Below are positions 9,462-21,063 of a stretch of 64,000 bases of DNA, piece after piece (positions within the stretch are counted from its first letter, which is position 1; the number at the start of each line of letters is the position of its first letter). Origin of the DNA: Methanocaldococcus sp. 28A (GTDB lineage: Archaea > AGJL01 > Methanococci > Methanococcales > Methanocaldococcaceae). The DNA lies in the NCBI GenBank assembly GCA_049852185.1, contig CP187540.1. One strand, 5' to 3'. The notes under the pieces are model-generated. The model ran no database searches, was not told the DNA's origin, and saw only the letters and a list, made by a program, of their open reading frames with translations. A program made the translations under genes and the position numbers.

Positions 9462-10988
9462 TTATTTGAAGAACGCATCTAAAGTTAGTTGTTTTCCTTT
9501 TTCTTCTTTTTTCTTAGTTTTCTTTTTCTCTTTTTTATTTTCTTTTTCTTCTTCAGATTTTAGTTTTTCATCTATCTTTTCTTTACTTTCTTCTTTAACA
9601 TCTTTCTCTACTTCTTTTATCTCTTCTTTTTCTTTAACTTCCTTAGGTTGTATAATTAGCTGCTCTTCTTTAACTTTTTCTTCTTTTTTCTTTTCTTTAT
9701 CTAATTTATCTTTCTCTTTTTTCTTTTTTCCTTCTAATTTTTTCTTTTCTTTCAATATTTTTAATATTTCAGAAGCTAACTTATCTCCAACTAAAACTTT
9801 TAGCTCATCCTCCTTTATATCAAAGTAATCAATTAAATCAGCAGCTACAGATGGATTTTCTTTAGCTAAAATTTTGAGCATTTGCAAATCAAATTTTGCC
9901 CTTTTTGATGATGTATGTGTTTTTTCACCAATTTTCTTTAATATTTTATTTAATATCTCCCTCTCTGCCTTTGTTTGTGTCAATAGCCTAAAAATCTTTG
10001 GATAACTATATGGAGTCCATTTTCTATACTTTTCATCTTTTGAGAGAGCAACACCAGCAGTCATTAATGTCGTTGCATACTTCCAAAAGCTGTAGTTTTG
10101 TCTTCTCATCACTCTACCTAAATATCTATCCGCCTTTGAGAGATATTCAAAAGCTCTCTCCACCTCATCTAATTTTTCATACTCTTTTGGAACATTTTCA
10201 GCTATCCATTCAATTATAACATCTGGTGTTTCATCTACATTCATCAATGCAGTTGTAGCTATCCCATAGTGCGTAGTTTTTAAAATAATCCTCAAAGCAT
10301 CAAATATATTTGCCTCTCTTTTCCTATCTGGAAGTTTTTGTGCCGCTTCATAACTCAAATCTCCAGACAAAGCTAAAGCCTCTAAGTCATTTATTGCACT
10401 TCTCAAATCTCCAGCTGAATGTTGGGCAATCATTTTTAATGTCTTATCATCCACATCAAGCCCCTCTTTTTCAGCTATCTTTTTTAGAACTTTATAGACA
10501 GAAGTTTTATTTAACGGGTTTAATTGGATTATCTCAACATAAGGTAAAAGATTCCTTATTGATGTGGCATAGGCATCATTCGCAGTTAAAATTATTGGAT
10601 TCTTTGCCTTCTTTATAATCTTTATTAGCTCAGAGACTCCTCCAGCATCCTCTTTTCCTGAAATACCATCAACCTCATCTAATACAATTAAAAATCTCTT
10701 TCCAAGGACTGAAGATGAATTAGCCGCATGCCCTACAACCTTTTTTATAATTGAAGCATTTCTCTTATCACTCGCGTTCAATTCAATAACTTCAAATCCA
10801 TAATCATTAGCTAAGGCATAAGCTAAAGTTGTTTTTCCACATCCTGGAGGTCCTACCAACAAAATCGGTTTTGGATGCTCTCCTCTCAAATAGCTTTCAA
10901 TCCATGTTTTTAGCTTTTCTTTAACTTTATCATGTCCTGCAACATCTTTCAATGATTTTGGTCTATATTTCTCCACCCAACTTAACAT
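9462..10988 (-). CDS. rfcL: Replication factor C large subunit
   Basis: [25 protein letters not shown]; C-terminal PIP box QLTLDAFF. Confidence 0.97.
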   Translation of the reverse strand: MLSWVEKYRPKSLKDVAGHDKVKEKLKTWIESYLRGEHPKPILLVGPPGCGKTTLAYALANDYGFEVIELNASDKRNASIIKKVVGHAANSSSVLGKRFLIVLDEVDGISGKEDAGGVSELIKIIKKAKNPIILTANDAYATSIRNLLPYVEIIQLNPLNKTSVYKVLKKIAEKEGLDVDDKTLKMIAQHSAGDLRSAINDLEALALSGDLSYEAAQKLPDRKREANIFDALRIILKTTHYGIATTALMNVDETPDVIIEWIAENVPKEYEKLDEVERAFEYLSKADRYLGRVMRRQNYSFWKYATTLMTAGVALSKDEKYRKWTPYSYPKIFRLLTQTKAEREILNKILKKIGEKTHTSSKRAKFDLQMLKILAKENPSVAADLIDYFDIKEDELKVLVGDKLASEILKILKEKKKLEGKKKKEKDKLDKEKKKEEKVKEEQLIIQPKEVKEKEEIKEVEKDVKEESKEKIDEKLKSEEEKENKKEKKKTKKKEEKGKQLTLDAFFK

Positions 10989-11016
10989 AAACTATCCCTA
11001 ACTAAATTATTTTTTA

Positions 11017-12027
11017 TTATTTTTTATTAATTTTAAAATCCAGAGCTAATATATATTCTCTTGGTGCATAGCTCTTAACTATCCTCTTTTCCAAAACCTC
11101 ACAATCACATTTCTTTTCAAATAATTTTATTGCTTCATCAAAATCTTTTCCAATTGTATAATAGTGTATAACTCCTCCCTCCTCTACAATATCCAATGCC
11201 TTATCAACAAATTCATAAGCAAATTTTGGTAAATTCATTATAACTCTATTTCCTTTAACATCAACCTCTCTAACATCACTCAATATAGGTATTATTTTAT
11301 GTTCCAATTTATTTAACTTTATATTCATTTTTAAAAGCTCTATTGCATGTGGATTTATATCTATAGCATAGATTTTTTTAGCGTTTCTGCAAGCGATTGA
11401 AAACGGCCCAACTCCTGCAAACATATCAACAACCACATCATCTAAAGAAACTTTTTTCATTATTCTTGCCCTCTCCCCTCCTAATCTTGGTGAAAAATAA
11501 ACTTTTGCAATATCAACATACAATCTATAACCATTCTCTTTGTGGATTGTTAGAGTTCTATTCTCTCCCGCTAAATGCTCTAACTCTCTAACTCTAAACT
11601 CCCCCTTAACTTCACTTTTTCTTCTAAAAACTCCTTTACATGGAATTAATTTATAAGCTAATTCACCAATCTCCTTTCTTATTTTTTCATCAACTTCATC
11701 AGAAATTTGTAGAATTACCAAATCTCCAATCATATCATAAGATAAAGAAATTAATCCTTCATCAATCTCTTTTCTATATTTTTTTGATATTATTTCTCTA
11801 AAACTTGGTTTTCTTTTAATTTCTTTTTTCTTTAAATCTTTTTCAACTACCTCGAACTCAATATCTAAAATGTCTTTTAAAATCTCTTCATCAACATCTT
11901 TTATTGGTAAATAAAGATAATTCACATCAGAATTTATTTTATAGTCCTTGTTTAATAAGTTATTTTCTATCAATATTCTTCTTATTCTCTCTCCATGTTT
12001 TTTGTTTATTTTTAGGCAGATTGGCAT
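11017..12027 (-). CDS. trm5b: tRNA (guanine(37)-N1)-methyltransferase Trm5b
   Basis: VYFSPRL, DMFAGVGPF and VIMNLP motifs. Confidence 0.9.
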   Translation of the reverse strand: MPICLKINKKHGERIRRILIENNLLNKDYKINSDVNYLYLPIKDVDEEILKDILDIEFEVVEKDLKKKEIKRKPSFREIISKKYRKEIDEGLISLSYDMIGDLVILQISDEVDEKIRKEIGELAYKLIPCKGVFRRKSEVKGEFRVRELEHLAGENRTLTIHKENGYRLYVDIAKVYFSPRLGGERARIMKKVSLDDVVVDMFAGVGPFSIACRNAKKIYAIDINPHAIELLKMNIKLNKLEHKIIPILSDVREVDVKGNRVIMNLPKFAYEFVDKALDIVEEGGVIHYYTIGKDFDEAIKLFEKKCDCEVLEKRIVKSYAPREYILALDFKINKK

Positions 12028-12066
12028 AGAATCACCAAATAAAATTAAATTATTTAAATTTTATTT

Positions 12067-12660
12067 TTATTTTTTTACAGACTTTAGAACTCTATAACCT
12101 CCTTTTATTGTAACAGTCTCAACATTTCCAAAGACTTCTTCCATAAATTTTGCTAATGATTTGGCTCCTTGTTTTGTCTGTATAACTACCCAAATCTCAC
12201 CATTATCCTTTAAAAGTTCTTTCCCTTCCTCAATAATCTTATGTAAAACTTCTTTTCCAGCCCTTATTGGAGGATTTGTTATAATTTTATCATACATTCT
12301 ATCCCTAACATTTTCATATAAATCGCTATGAATTACCCTAATATCATAACTTTCTAAATTATTTAATTTTATATTCTCTTTAGCCAATTTTATAGCTCTT
12401 CTATTTATATCAGTCATTGTTACTGATTTTACTTCATCAGCTAAAGCTATTCCAATAACACCATAGCCACATCCCAAATCTAATATGTTATCTCCATTAT
12501 TAACAACCACATTCTCGACTAAAATCTTAGTTCCTTTATCAATCTTTCCATAAGAAAAAACTCCACTATCTGTTTTAAATTTTAATTTTTTTCCTCTTAA
12601 AATGTCTTCAACAATTTTTATATCTGATTTGGTTGTGGGCTTTTCTGAGAAATAGTGCAT
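12067..12660 (-). CDS. Class I SAM-dependent methyltransferase (RsmC/MJ0882-like)
   Basis: SGVFS, LDLGCGYG, TNPPIRAGK. Confidence 0.9.
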   Translation of the reverse strand: MHYFSEKPTTKSDIKIVEDILRGKKLKFKTDSGVFSYGKIDKGTKILVENVVVNNGDNILDLGCGYGVIGIALADEVKSVTMTDINRRAIKLAKENIKLNNLESYDIRVIHSDLYENVRDRMYDKIITNPPIRAGKEVLHKIIEEGKELLKDNGEIWVVIQTKQGAKSLAKFMEEVFGNVETVTIKGGYRVLKSVKK

Positions 12661-12769
12661 TTTATCACCAAAATCTTTATAACTAACTTTAAATTAAAAT
12701 AATACTCTTAATTATAAAAATTGTTTTTTAAATTTCATCAATAATATTTATTTCATAATAGGTGATAAA

Positions 12770-13687
12770 ATGCATCTCTTAGATTTGGATGTGCTAAGTA
12801 GAGAAGACATTTTAAAGATTATTGAATATGGAATATACTTCAAAAAAAATAGAAGAAAACATGAGAAAATTTTAGAGGGGAAGAGTATAGCAATATTATT
12901 TGAAAAGCCCTCAACAAGAACAAGAATGAGTTTTGATATTGCTGTGTATGAATTAGGAGGCCATCCTTTAATAATGAACCAGAATGAGATACATTTAGGA
13001 AAGAAAGAGTCTATAAAAGATACTGCAAGGGTTATGAGTAGATACGTAGATGCAATAGTTGCAAGAGTTTATAAACATAGACACTTAGAAGAGATGGCTA
13101 AATACTCATCAGTCCCTATTATAAATGCGTTGAGTGATTTAGCTCATCCTTGCCAAATATTAGCTGATTTAATGACAATAAAGGAATTTAAAGGAAAATT
13201 TAATGGATTAAAAATAGCTTATTTAGGAGATGGAAACAACGTCTGTAATTCTTTAATCTTAGGTTCTGCTTTAGTAGGAATGGATATCTATGTAGGAACA
13301 CCAAGGGGTTATGAACCAAACGCTAAAACAATATTAAAAGCTAAAGAAATCATTGAAGAATATGGCGAAGGTTCTTTAACATTAACAAATAATCCAATAG
13401 AGGCTGTTGAAGATGCAGATATTATATATACTGATGTATGGATAAGTATGGGTGATGAAAAAGATAAGGAGGAGGTTTTAAAAATCTTTCCACAATTTCA
13501 AGTTAATAATAAGCTCTTAGAACATGCTAAAGATGATGTTATTGTTATGCACTGCCTACCAGCAAATAGAGGATATGAGATAACTGATGATGTTATTGAT
13601 GGAGAACATTCAGTAGTTTATGATGAGGCAGAAAATAGATTGCATGCTCAAAAAGGACTGTTTAAGTTTATATTTGAGAAATTATAA
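12770..13687 (+). CDS. argF: Ornithine carbamoyltransferase
   Basis: STRTR, HPCQ, HCLP, EAENRLH. Confidence 0.98.
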   Translation: MHLLDLDVLSREDILKIIEYGIYFKKNRRKHEKILEGKSIAILFEKPSTRTRMSFDIAVYELGGHPLIMNQNEIHLGKKESIKDTARVMSRYVDAIVARVYKHRHLEEMAKYSSVPIINALSDLAHPCQILADLMTIKEFKGKFNGLKIAYLGDGNNVCNSLILGSALVGMDIYVGTPRGYEPNAKTILKAKEIIEEYGEGSLTLTNNPIEAVEDADIIYTDVWISMGDEKDKEEVLKIFPQFQVNNKLLEHAKDDVIVMHCLPANRGYEITDDVIDGEHSVVYDEAENRLHAQKGLFKFIFEKL

Positions 13688-13721
13688 CTTTCATTTTTTA
13701 ATTTTTAATTTAGGACTGGAA

Positions 13722-14996
13722 TTAACCAGATAATCTTTCAATTTCTTCTGCCAATGATTTCATCCTTTCAGAAATTTCCTTAGCTTCTTTAGCGAATTTT
13801 TGCAATTCTGGTGGAGCTATTCCGATGAATAGGTCTTTCAAGTGTTTAGCAATTATTTCATAGATTTCTCTTGCGTTATTTGATGTAGCCTTCTCTTCTA
13901 ACTCAATTGTAATGAAACCATCAGCTAAAGCCGTTTGTCTTGCAGGGTCAGTCAATCTCTTGGCTATGAAGATTTTGATGTGTGGAATTAGATTTAGTTG
14001 TTGAGTTCTTCCAAATTCTTCATCTATTACCCTTCTATCTACTTCTCTTTTCCAATTCTTGCATGAAGCATAAACATAAAATTTTGTGTTTCCTATTCTT
14101 TTCCAAGACCATACATCTACTTCTATAGTTCCTCCACCTCTTGCTGGTAATCTCTTTCCTATTTCAACATAATCAAATCCCATAGATTTTAAAACATTTG
14201 CAACTATTTCCTCTAAAACTTTCCAATCAGGCGTTTTATCGTCAAATTTGAATTTTATTTCATTTACTTCTTTATTTTTTGTTTCTGTAGTAGTTTTTTT
14301 AATGTCTTCATTTTCTTCATTTTTTTCTAATATATCCTCTGGTGGAGATAATTTCTTTATAAATTCATCCTCAAGAAATGGTGCTGGTATTATTTCCTTA
14401 AACCATAAAATTCCTGAATAAATTAACGCATAAATAATATTCTCCATTCTTTTTTCTTGCTCTTTCTTTTCATCTCCTTTTAGACTATAAATATTCTCTC
14501 CCGTTGCAAGTTTGTAAGCGTCAGAAGTAGTGTATAGTGAGTATAATATTGATCCTAAGGAGGTATATCCAGAAGCTTCTAATTTTATACTTTCTAAGAT
14601 TTTCCTTAAATCTTCTTTATCTTCATCTTTGAGTTCGTTAATATATTTTTTCTTAAAATATTTATAGCAAGCTTTTCTAAATTTATCATAATACTCTCCT
14701 TCTATATTCTCTAATTGAGTTTTTACTTTTTTATAATTCTCAAATCTTCTACCTTCAGAAGAGTATTCATTAGAATATAGATTTTCTATAAATATTTCAG
14801 CAGATTTCCAAGCCACATATCCTTCCTTTCCTGATAAAAATCTGGCTAATTCCTTTTTCACAGAATTCATAGTACTTTCTTTACTCCAATCTTCTATTAC
14901 TGCTCTAAATCTCGCATATAACAAAGCTATATAAACTCCAAGAGACTTTGCATCAGTGTCTATCCATTTCTCATTAAACCATTGGGGAATTTCCAT
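13722..14996 (-). CDS. Protein with a C-terminal Mrr-like PD-(D/E)XK restriction-endonuclease domain
   Basis: WKVLEEIVANVLKSMGF...EVDV...VYASCKNW...KIFIAKRLTDPAR pattern; N-terminal region unrecognised. Confidence 0.7.
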   Translation of the reverse strand: MEIPQWFNEKWIDTDAKSLGVYIALLYARFRAVIEDWSKESTMNSVKKELARFLSGKEGYVAWKSAEIFIENLYSNEYSSEGRRFENYKKVKTQLENIEGEYYDKFRKACYKYFKKKYINELKDEDKEDLRKILESIKLEASGYTSLGSILYSLYTTSDAYKLATGENIYSLKGDEKKEQEKRMENIIYALIYSGILWFKEIIPAPFLEDEFIKKLSPPEDILEKNEENEDIKKTTTETKNKEVNEIKFKFDDKTPDWKVLEEIVANVLKSMGFDYVEIGKRLPARGGGTIEVDVWSWKRIGNTKFYVYASCKNWKREVDRRVIDEEFGRTQQLNLIPHIKIFIAKRLTDPARQTALADGFITIELEEKATSNNAREIYEIIAKHLKDLFIGIAPPELQKFAKEAKEISERMKSLAEEIERLSG

Positions 14997-15173
14997 GAGT
15001 TTACACCTCTTAACATTTGGACATGTCCTACTTGTTCTTATTATTCTGTCTCAATAATATATTCCTTAGAATATCTACTTGGATTTAATGTCATTGTTGT
15101 ATTTTTTTCTATATTTAAGTATTTTCTTAATCTTTTTATGGTAAAATATCCATAATATCCCAAAAAATAAAAA

Positions 15174-16010
15174 TTATCTAACATTCCCTTTTAAAAGAAT
15201 ATCAATCTTCTCAGTAATTTTATCCAATTCATCTTCTGACAATGGATTAGGAATTACTTTATTTTTATTTTCATAAATTGCCTTTGCTATCTCTCTAAAA
15301 ATATTGGCTATCTCACTATCTGGATACATCTCAATAATTGTCTTTTTGTAAATTTCTGCCTTTGTTATAAGATTACTCATTGGTATTTTTCCAATAACTT
15401 GAGTTCCAATTTTTTTAGCAAACTCTTCAACAATCTCTGGAGCATTTATAACACTCCTTTCATTATAAATAATCCCTCCTAATGCTATCTTTCCCCTATT
15501 TGCATATCTCTTTATTCCCTTACATATATTGTTTGCCGCATAAATTGCCATTGGGTCACATGTTGTTACGATATAAACATCATCAGCTAAGTGTTTTTGT
15601 AAAGGCATTGCAAATCCTCCACAAACAACATCCCCTAAAATATCATAAATAATTACATCTGGCTTTAATGTTTCAAAAACTCCCAATCTATTTAGCATAT
15701 CAACTGCTGTAATAACCCCTCTCCCAGCACATCCAACTCCAGGCTCTGGCCCTCCAGATTCAACACAATAAACTCCTCCAAAACCTTCAAAGACTATATC
15801 TTCCAATTCCATATTATCTGGGCCTTTTTTTCTAAAAACATCTAAAACTGTAGGTATTTTTTTACCAACTAAATTCCTTGTTGTGTCAGCCTTTGGGTCA
15901 CAACCAACAACTAAAACCTTTTTTCCTTCTTCTGCTAAAGCTGCAGCTATATTGCTTACTGTTGTAGATTTTCCAATTCCTCCCTTCCCATAGACACAAA
16001 ATTTTCTCAT
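15174..16010 (-). CDS. cfbC: Ni-sirohydrochlorin a,c-diamide reductive cyclase, NifH-like component
   Basis: [34 protein letters not shown]; no nif cluster context. Confidence 0.85.
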   Translation of the reverse strand: MRKFCVYGKGGIGKSTTVSNIAAALAEEGKKVLVVGCDPKADTTRNLVGKKIPTVLDVFRKKGPDNMELEDIVFEGFGGVYCVESGGPEPGVGCAGRGVITAVDMLNRLGVFETLKPDVIIYDILGDVVCGGFAMPLQKHLADDVYIVTTCDPMAIYAANNICKGIKRYANRGKIALGGIIYNERSVINAPEIVEEFAKKIGTQVIGKIPMSNLITKAEIYKKTIIEMYPDSEIANIFREIAKAIYENKNKVIPNPLSEDELDKITEKIDILLKGNVR

Positions 16011-16049
16011 AAAAATTCACCTAATATTAATAATTGTTGAGATTAATAG

Positions 16050-17003
16050 TCAAATTAATAGTAATGCAACTATTATAAAGATATCTAAAATTAAAGTAAT
16101 AGCCGCATTAACCATAACTATTTTAGTTCCCAACTTAGCTCCAAAAAGAGAGACTTGCAATGGTAGAGAATGTTTAACATATCTACTTGAAAAAGTTAAA
16201 ACATTTCCAATAATTAATCCAATCAAAACTTCTTTTGAATTTAAAATTCCCTCATTTAAAAATCCCCCAGCCATAACTATCGCTGCTTGAACATTCATAA
16301 TTTCTGTCAATGCTAAAATTCCAACATTAGGGTTTAATTTTAATAAGGTGGTTATTGGTTGGACAAATTTCTCAACATAATCAAAAAATCCCACTTTAGA
16401 AAGATAGATAACTAAAGTCATCATAAAGAACATTGTTGGAATCAACCTTTTAGCAAATCTAAGAGTGCTTTTAAATGATTTCTTTACATTCTCTTTTTTA
16501 TCCATTTTATTTATATTAGGCATTTCAAAAGAATAATTTTTCGATATAATTGACAAATATAAAAATCCAATTATTGTCTTTATTAAAGCTACTCCTAATC
16601 TTATTAAAACAAATAAAACCCCTGTCCAACCTAAGATTGGCACAACAATTGGAATAAAAAATGTGAATGTATGTGACAAGACAGAAGGGAAAGAATTTGC
16701 TAAAGAAGTTCCTATAATCTCTTTTTCATTAATTTTATTTTCTTTCAAACCTTCAGCTAAAATTGAATATCCAACAGTTGGGCTAAAAAAGCATGTCAAA
16801 ATTGATGAAATTGATATAGGATTTATCTTTAATCTTTTTAGAATTGGAGATAACTTCTCACTAAATTTTTTCATAATTCCTATGTTCATAATGTAATTTA
16901 CAATAAAAACCGTAATTAAAACAATAATAGATATTTTTATTGAGTAATATGCCGAGATTATAAAGCTCTCTACTAACAAAGCAATATAATCCACAATAAT
17001 CAC
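16050..17003 (-). CDS. Membrane protein with nucleoside-recognition (Gate) domain
   Basis: Multiple hydrophobic segments; CFFSPTVGYS motif. Confidence 0.6.
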   Translation of the reverse strand: MIIVDYIALLVESFIISAYYSIKISIIVLITVFIVNYIMNIGIMKKFSEKLSPILKRLKINPISISSILTCFFSPTVGYSILAEGLKENKINEKEIIGTSLANSFPSVLSHTFTFFIPIVVPILGWTGVLFVLIRLGVALIKTIIGFLYLSIISKNYSFEMPNINKMDKKENVKKSFKSTLRFAKRLIPTMFFMMTLVIYLSKVGFFDYVEKFVQPITTLLKLNPNVGILALTEIMNVQAAIVMAGGFLNEGILNSKEVLIGLIIGNVLTFSSRYVKHSLPLQVSLFGAKLGTKIVMVNAAITLILDIFIIVALLLI

Positions 17004-17179
17004 CTATATTATTAAAACTTATAACATATAAATTATAAATCTAAAAAATGAAATTCAAAATGAAAATCAAATACTATCATTAAAAATCAACATCTTTTAT
17101 TATTTGTGTGTAATTCATACACACATATTAATTAGTTTAATTAGTAAGCTTTATATTAAGCGTTTATATATATCTAAGT

Positions 17180-17285
17180 TATAGTTGTGTGCAAAAGTGT
17201 TTAATTATAAGGCATTAATGAATGTTTTTCAAAAGGAAAACGTTCTTTCATTCTTAAAGTTTATTTTATTTTGCACACAACTATA
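17180..17285. mobile_element. MITE family B copy upstream of fsr
   Basis: Inverted ends TATAGTTGTGTGCAAAA / TTTTGCACACAACTATA. Confidence 0.8.
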
Positions 17286-17332
17286 AATAAACTAAAGTAT
17301 TAGTAATATAATCACATGTTTCGGGTGAAAAA

Positions 17333-19195
17333 ATGTATGAGTGGAAGTTAAACCAAATAGTTGATAGTGGAATATGTGCAAGATGTGGGACATGTACTAT
17401 AGTATGTCCTAATAGTATATTAACTTTTGATGAGAGACCAAAATTAATAGATGAGTGTTTAAGAAAAGGTCATGGAATGTGTTATGATGTTTGTCCAAGG
17501 GTATCATCAGGAAAATACCAAATAAAAATCAGAGAGAAGTTTAAGGAAGAATATTACTATGGAAAAAGTGACATTGAAGGACAAGATGGAGGGGTTGTAA
17601 CAGCATTCCTAAAATACTTATTAGAAAATGGAAAAATTGATGGAGCAATTGTTGTTGGAGATGAGTGCTGGAAACCAGTTTCATTAGTTGTTCAAAATGC
17701 AGAGGATTTATTAAAAACTGCAAAATCAAAATATGCTATCTCAACTTTAGATGCATTAAGAAAAGCTGGAGAAATGGGACTAAAGAAAGTTGCAGTTGTT
17801 GGGTTACCATGCCAAATTAATGGTTTGAGAAAACTACAATACTTCCCATACTTAGCAAAGCACGATGGAGAACTCGGTAAGAATGGAAAACCAGCTAAGT
17901 TACCAAAAATTGAATATCTCATAGGATTATTCTGTACTGAGAAATTTGAATATAACAACATGAAAGAAGTTTTAGCAAAGCATGGAATAGACATTGAAAA
18001 TGTTGAGAAGTTTGATATTAAGAAAGGAAAATTACTTGTTTATATAAATGGAGAGAAAAAAGAAATTGACTTAAAAGAGTTTGAAATCTGCCCAGGATGT
18101 AAAATTTGTAGAGATTTTGATGCAAGCATGGCTGATGTTTCAGTTGGATGTGTTGGAAGTCCAGATGGTTATTCAACAGTCATAATAAGAACTAAGAAAG
18201 GGGAAGAGATTAAAAATGCTGTTGAATTAAAAGAAGGGGTTAATTTAGAAGAAATTGAGAAATTAAGGCAGCTGAAATTAAAGAGATTTAAGAAAGAAGT
18301 TGAGAGAAGAAAGGAAAATAATGAATTCATTTCATTCTACTGGACAGCTGATTATGGTGGAATCGGAAAGAGAGCTGATGGAACTTACTTCATAAGAATT
18401 AGAGCAAAGCCTGCTGGATGGTACACTGTTGAAGAAATAAAAGAAATCTTAGATATTGCTGAAAAATACAATGCTAAGATAAAGATAACTGATAGAGGAG
18501 CTTATGAACTCCACGGCATTAGTGGATTTGATGTTGAAGATATAGTATTAAGGTTGAGGGAAAAAGGATTAATAACTGGTTCAGAAGGGCCATTAGTTAG
18601 AGCTACATTGGCATGTCCTGGAGCTGGAAACTGTAGTAGTGGTTTAATAGATACAACAGAACTATGTAAAATCATTGAAGATAACTTCAAAGAAAGACCA
18701 GCTCCATACAAATTCAAGATTGCAATTAGTGGATGTCCAAACAAGTGTGTAAGACCACAAGTACATGATATTGGTATAGCAGGAGTTAAATTCCCAGATG
18801 TTGATGAGGAAAAATGTAACGGTTGTGGAAGATGCTTTGAAGTTTGTAAAGTTGAAGCAATTTATATAAGAGGAGAAACTTCCTACACTAACTACAATAT
18901 CTGTGTTGGATGCGGAAAATGTATAAAAGCATGTCCTAATGAGGCAAGAATCGTTAAAGAAGAAGGATTTATGGTCTATGTTGGTGGTAAAACAGGAAGA
19001 GAAGTTGTTGAAGGAATCAGCATGAAGATGAACAGTGTTGATGAAATACTTAACTTAATAGATAAAGTGTTGGTTGTTTATGACAAATACGCTAAGAAAC
19101 CACAGAGAGAAAGATTAGCTGCAGTTATGAAAAGAGTAGGACAAGAAACGTTCTTAGAGGAGGTTATGGAATTAATGAAAAAAGAATCTGCCTAA
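17333..19195 (+). CDS. fsr: F420-dependent sulfite reductase
   Basis: N-terminal FrhB-like domain (GQDGG, GLPCQ, GLFC) fused to a siroheme/4Fe-4S domain (ACPG..NC, SGCPNKC) and ferredoxin motifs. Confidence 0.93.
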   Translation: MYEWKLNQIVDSGICARCGTCTIVCPNSILTFDERPKLIDECLRKGHGMCYDVCPRVSSGKYQIKIREKFKEEYYYGKSDIEGQDGGVVTAFLKYLLENGKIDGAIVVGDECWKPVSLVVQNAEDLLKTAKSKYAISTLDALRKAGEMGLKKVAVVGLPCQINGLRKLQYFPYLAKHDGELGKNGKPAKLPKIEYLIGLFCTEKFEYNNMKEVLAKHGIDIENVEKFDIKKGKLLVYINGEKKEIDLKEFEICPGCKICRDFDASMADVSVGCVGSPDGYSTVIIRTKKGEEIKNAVELKEGVNLEEIEKLRQLKLKRFKKEVERRKENNEFISFYWTADYGGIGKRADGTYFIRIRAKPAGWYTVEEIKEILDIAEKYNAKIKITDRGAYELHGISGFDVEDIVLRLREKGLITGSEGPLVRATLACPGAGNCSSGLIDTTELCKIIEDNFKERPAPYKFKIAISGCPNKCVRPQVHDIGIAGVKFPDVDEEKCNGCGRCFEVCKVEAIYIRGETSYTNYNICVGCGKCIKACPNEARIVKEEGFMVYVGGKTGREVVEGISMKMNSVDEILNLIDKVLVVYDKYAKKPQRERLAAVMKRVGQETFLEEVMELMKKESA

Positions 19196-19279
19196 ATTTT
19201 TTATATTTTTATTTTATTTTTTATTTTTAAATTTAGATTTTTAGATTATTTTATATAAATAAAAATAGAAAAAATTTAA

Positions 19280-20242
19280 TTAATCGTGAATCCCTTTCTC
19301 TGTTATTCTAAACATTGCCTCAGCATCTGGTAAGTGTGGAGAGTCATATAACTTAGCTACTCTTTTATCTCCTTTTGCCTTTCTTAAGAATATTCTAAAT
19401 GTTGCTGCGTGTCCTACTATATGCCCTCCAATTGCCTGTTCTGAAGCTCCAAATATAGCGTCTGGTCTTGCAGCTACCTGGTTTGTTACTATAACAACAC
19501 AGTTGTATAAATCAGCTAATTTATTGAGTGTAGCCATATGTCTACCTAATTTTTGCTGCCTCTCAGCTAATTTTCCTCTTCCTATATACTCAGTTCTAAA
19601 TTTTGATGTCAATGAATCTACTATAATTAACTTTATGTTGTGCCCTTCTCTTATCAAGTTCTCAACGTTTTCTGCATAAAGCATCTGCATATCTGAGTTA
19701 TAAGCTCTTGCAACTAAAATATTGTTTAAAACTTCATTTCCATCTAATCCTAAAGCCTCTGCCATTTGGATAATTCTTTCTGGTCTAAATGTCCCTTCTG
19801 TATCAATATAAACTGCTTTTGGTTCATTTAAAATTTCTTCCTTTATAGCATCATCAGCAACTATTCTATCTGGACATTGTAAATTAACACATGCTTGATG
19901 AGCAATCTGGGTTTTACCAGAACCAAACATCCCTGCAAATTCAGTGATAGACTGACTTTCTAAACCTCCTACTAAAATTTCATCTAAGTTTTTACTTCCA
20001 GTTGAGAGCTTCCATATATTTTTTCTTTGAGTTAAAACTTCACTACCACTTTTAAATCCTAAATTACACAGTTCTCTCGCGGCTTCTATAATTCTTGCGG
20101 CGGCTTTTTCACTAATTCCATCTATTTCTGTTAATTCACCAATTGTTGCAGTTGCAATTTTCATAAAATCAGTGTAACCAGCTTCTTTTAATTTCTCTGC
20201 TGTTGAAGGTCCTACGCCAGGTAGTTGAGTTAAATCATCCAT
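19280..20242 (-). CDS. radA: DNA repair and recombination protein RadA
   Basis: HhH N-terminus, [26 protein letters not shown]; no intein. Confidence 0.98.
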   Translation of the reverse strand: MDDLTQLPGVGPSTAEKLKEAGYTDFMKIATATIGELTEIDGISEKAAARIIEAARELCNLGFKSGSEVLTQRKNIWKLSTGSKNLDEILVGGLESQSITEFAGMFGSGKTQIAHQACVNLQCPDRIVADDAIKEEILNEPKAVYIDTEGTFRPERIIQMAEALGLDGNEVLNNILVARAYNSDMQMLYAENVENLIREGHNIKLIIVDSLTSKFRTEYIGRGKLAERQQKLGRHMATLNKLADLYNCVVIVTNQVAARPDAIFGASEQAIGGHIVGHAATFRIFLRKAKGDKRVAKLYDSPHLPDAEAMFRITEKGIHD

Positions 20243-20394
20243 TATATCACCATGAGCATAAATTTATAGTTGTTAATATATAGATAAATTTGATGACAAT
20301 AGATGATATTGCTAAAGAACTATATGAAACTTGTTATATATAATCTCTTATATTTAACTATATAGAAATTTTTATATTGTAGTTAAATAGGAAT

Positions 20395-20504
20395 TATAGT
20401 TATGTGCAAAATAAACTAAACTTTAAAAAGGAAATTTTGAATGCCTTCCTTGGAGCATTCATTAATTCCTTATTTTATTTAAAATAGTTTTGCACACAAC
20501 TATA
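20395..20504. mobile_element. MITE family B copy
   Basis: TATAGTTATGTGCAAAA...TTTTGCACACAACTATA; internal GAATGC..GCATTC hairpin. Confidence 0.8.
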
Positions 20505-20565
20505 ATTAAAAGTCCTAAAAGAATAAAAACCTAAAGAAATAACTATAATTATGGGGGGTGTAAGT

Positions 20566-20949
20566 ATGATATCAAAATATTTGGTTAGAGATGTTATGAA
20601 AAAAGGTGTAGTTGAAGTAACCTTAGATACAAAGTTATGCGATGTTATTAAAACAATGGCAAAATATGACATATCATCTGTTGTAGTTTCTGATGGAGAA
20701 AGATTTTGGGGAATTATAACTGACACAGATATATTAAAACATTATCATGAACTAAATAAAACTGCTGAAGAAATAATGACAGTAAATCCTATAACAGTTA
20801 GTCCCGGAGCTCCATTGGAAAAAGCTATTGAGATTATGGCTGAGAAAGGAATACATCACTTATATGTTAAATCACCATGTGAAGACAAAATTGTTGGTGT
20901 TTTAAGCTCAAAAGATATTATAAAACTATTTTCAGATTTGATTGAATAA
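20566..20949 (+). CDS. CBS-domain protein
   Basis: Tandem CBS motifs ([21 protein letters not shown]); the ORF track starts at 20551. Confidence 0.9.
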   Translation: MISKYLVRDVMKKGVVEVTLDTKLCDVIKTMAKYDISSVVVSDGERFWGIITDTDILKHYHELNKTAEEIMTVNPITVSPGAPLEKAIEIMAEKGIHHLYVKSPCEDKIVGVLSSKDIIKLFSDLIE

Positions 20950-21063
20950 ACTTACTAAACTTAATTTTGCAATAATACTATTTTATTTTTCTAAATCTTA
21001 TTAATGTTTATAAACAATATATGGCCATATATTTAAATATGTGGCTATATAGTTTATATTACG

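Noticed and set aside
9466-9828. Ser/Phe-rich + strand ORF, and similar shadow ORFs (e.g. 61904-62587, 46414-46851, 49525-49932)
   Set aside because: These are antisense shadows of Lys/Glu-rich real genes.
15174-16010. Nitrogenase reductase nifH
   Set aside because: There are no nifDK or nifI neighbours; it fits the methanogen CfbC paralog better.
19280-20242. Inteins in RadA, RfcL or the helicases
   Set aside because: Lengths are normal and no intein splice motifs are present. The DEAD-box insert is too short and lacks the N-terminal Cys/Ser and C-terminal His-Asn.
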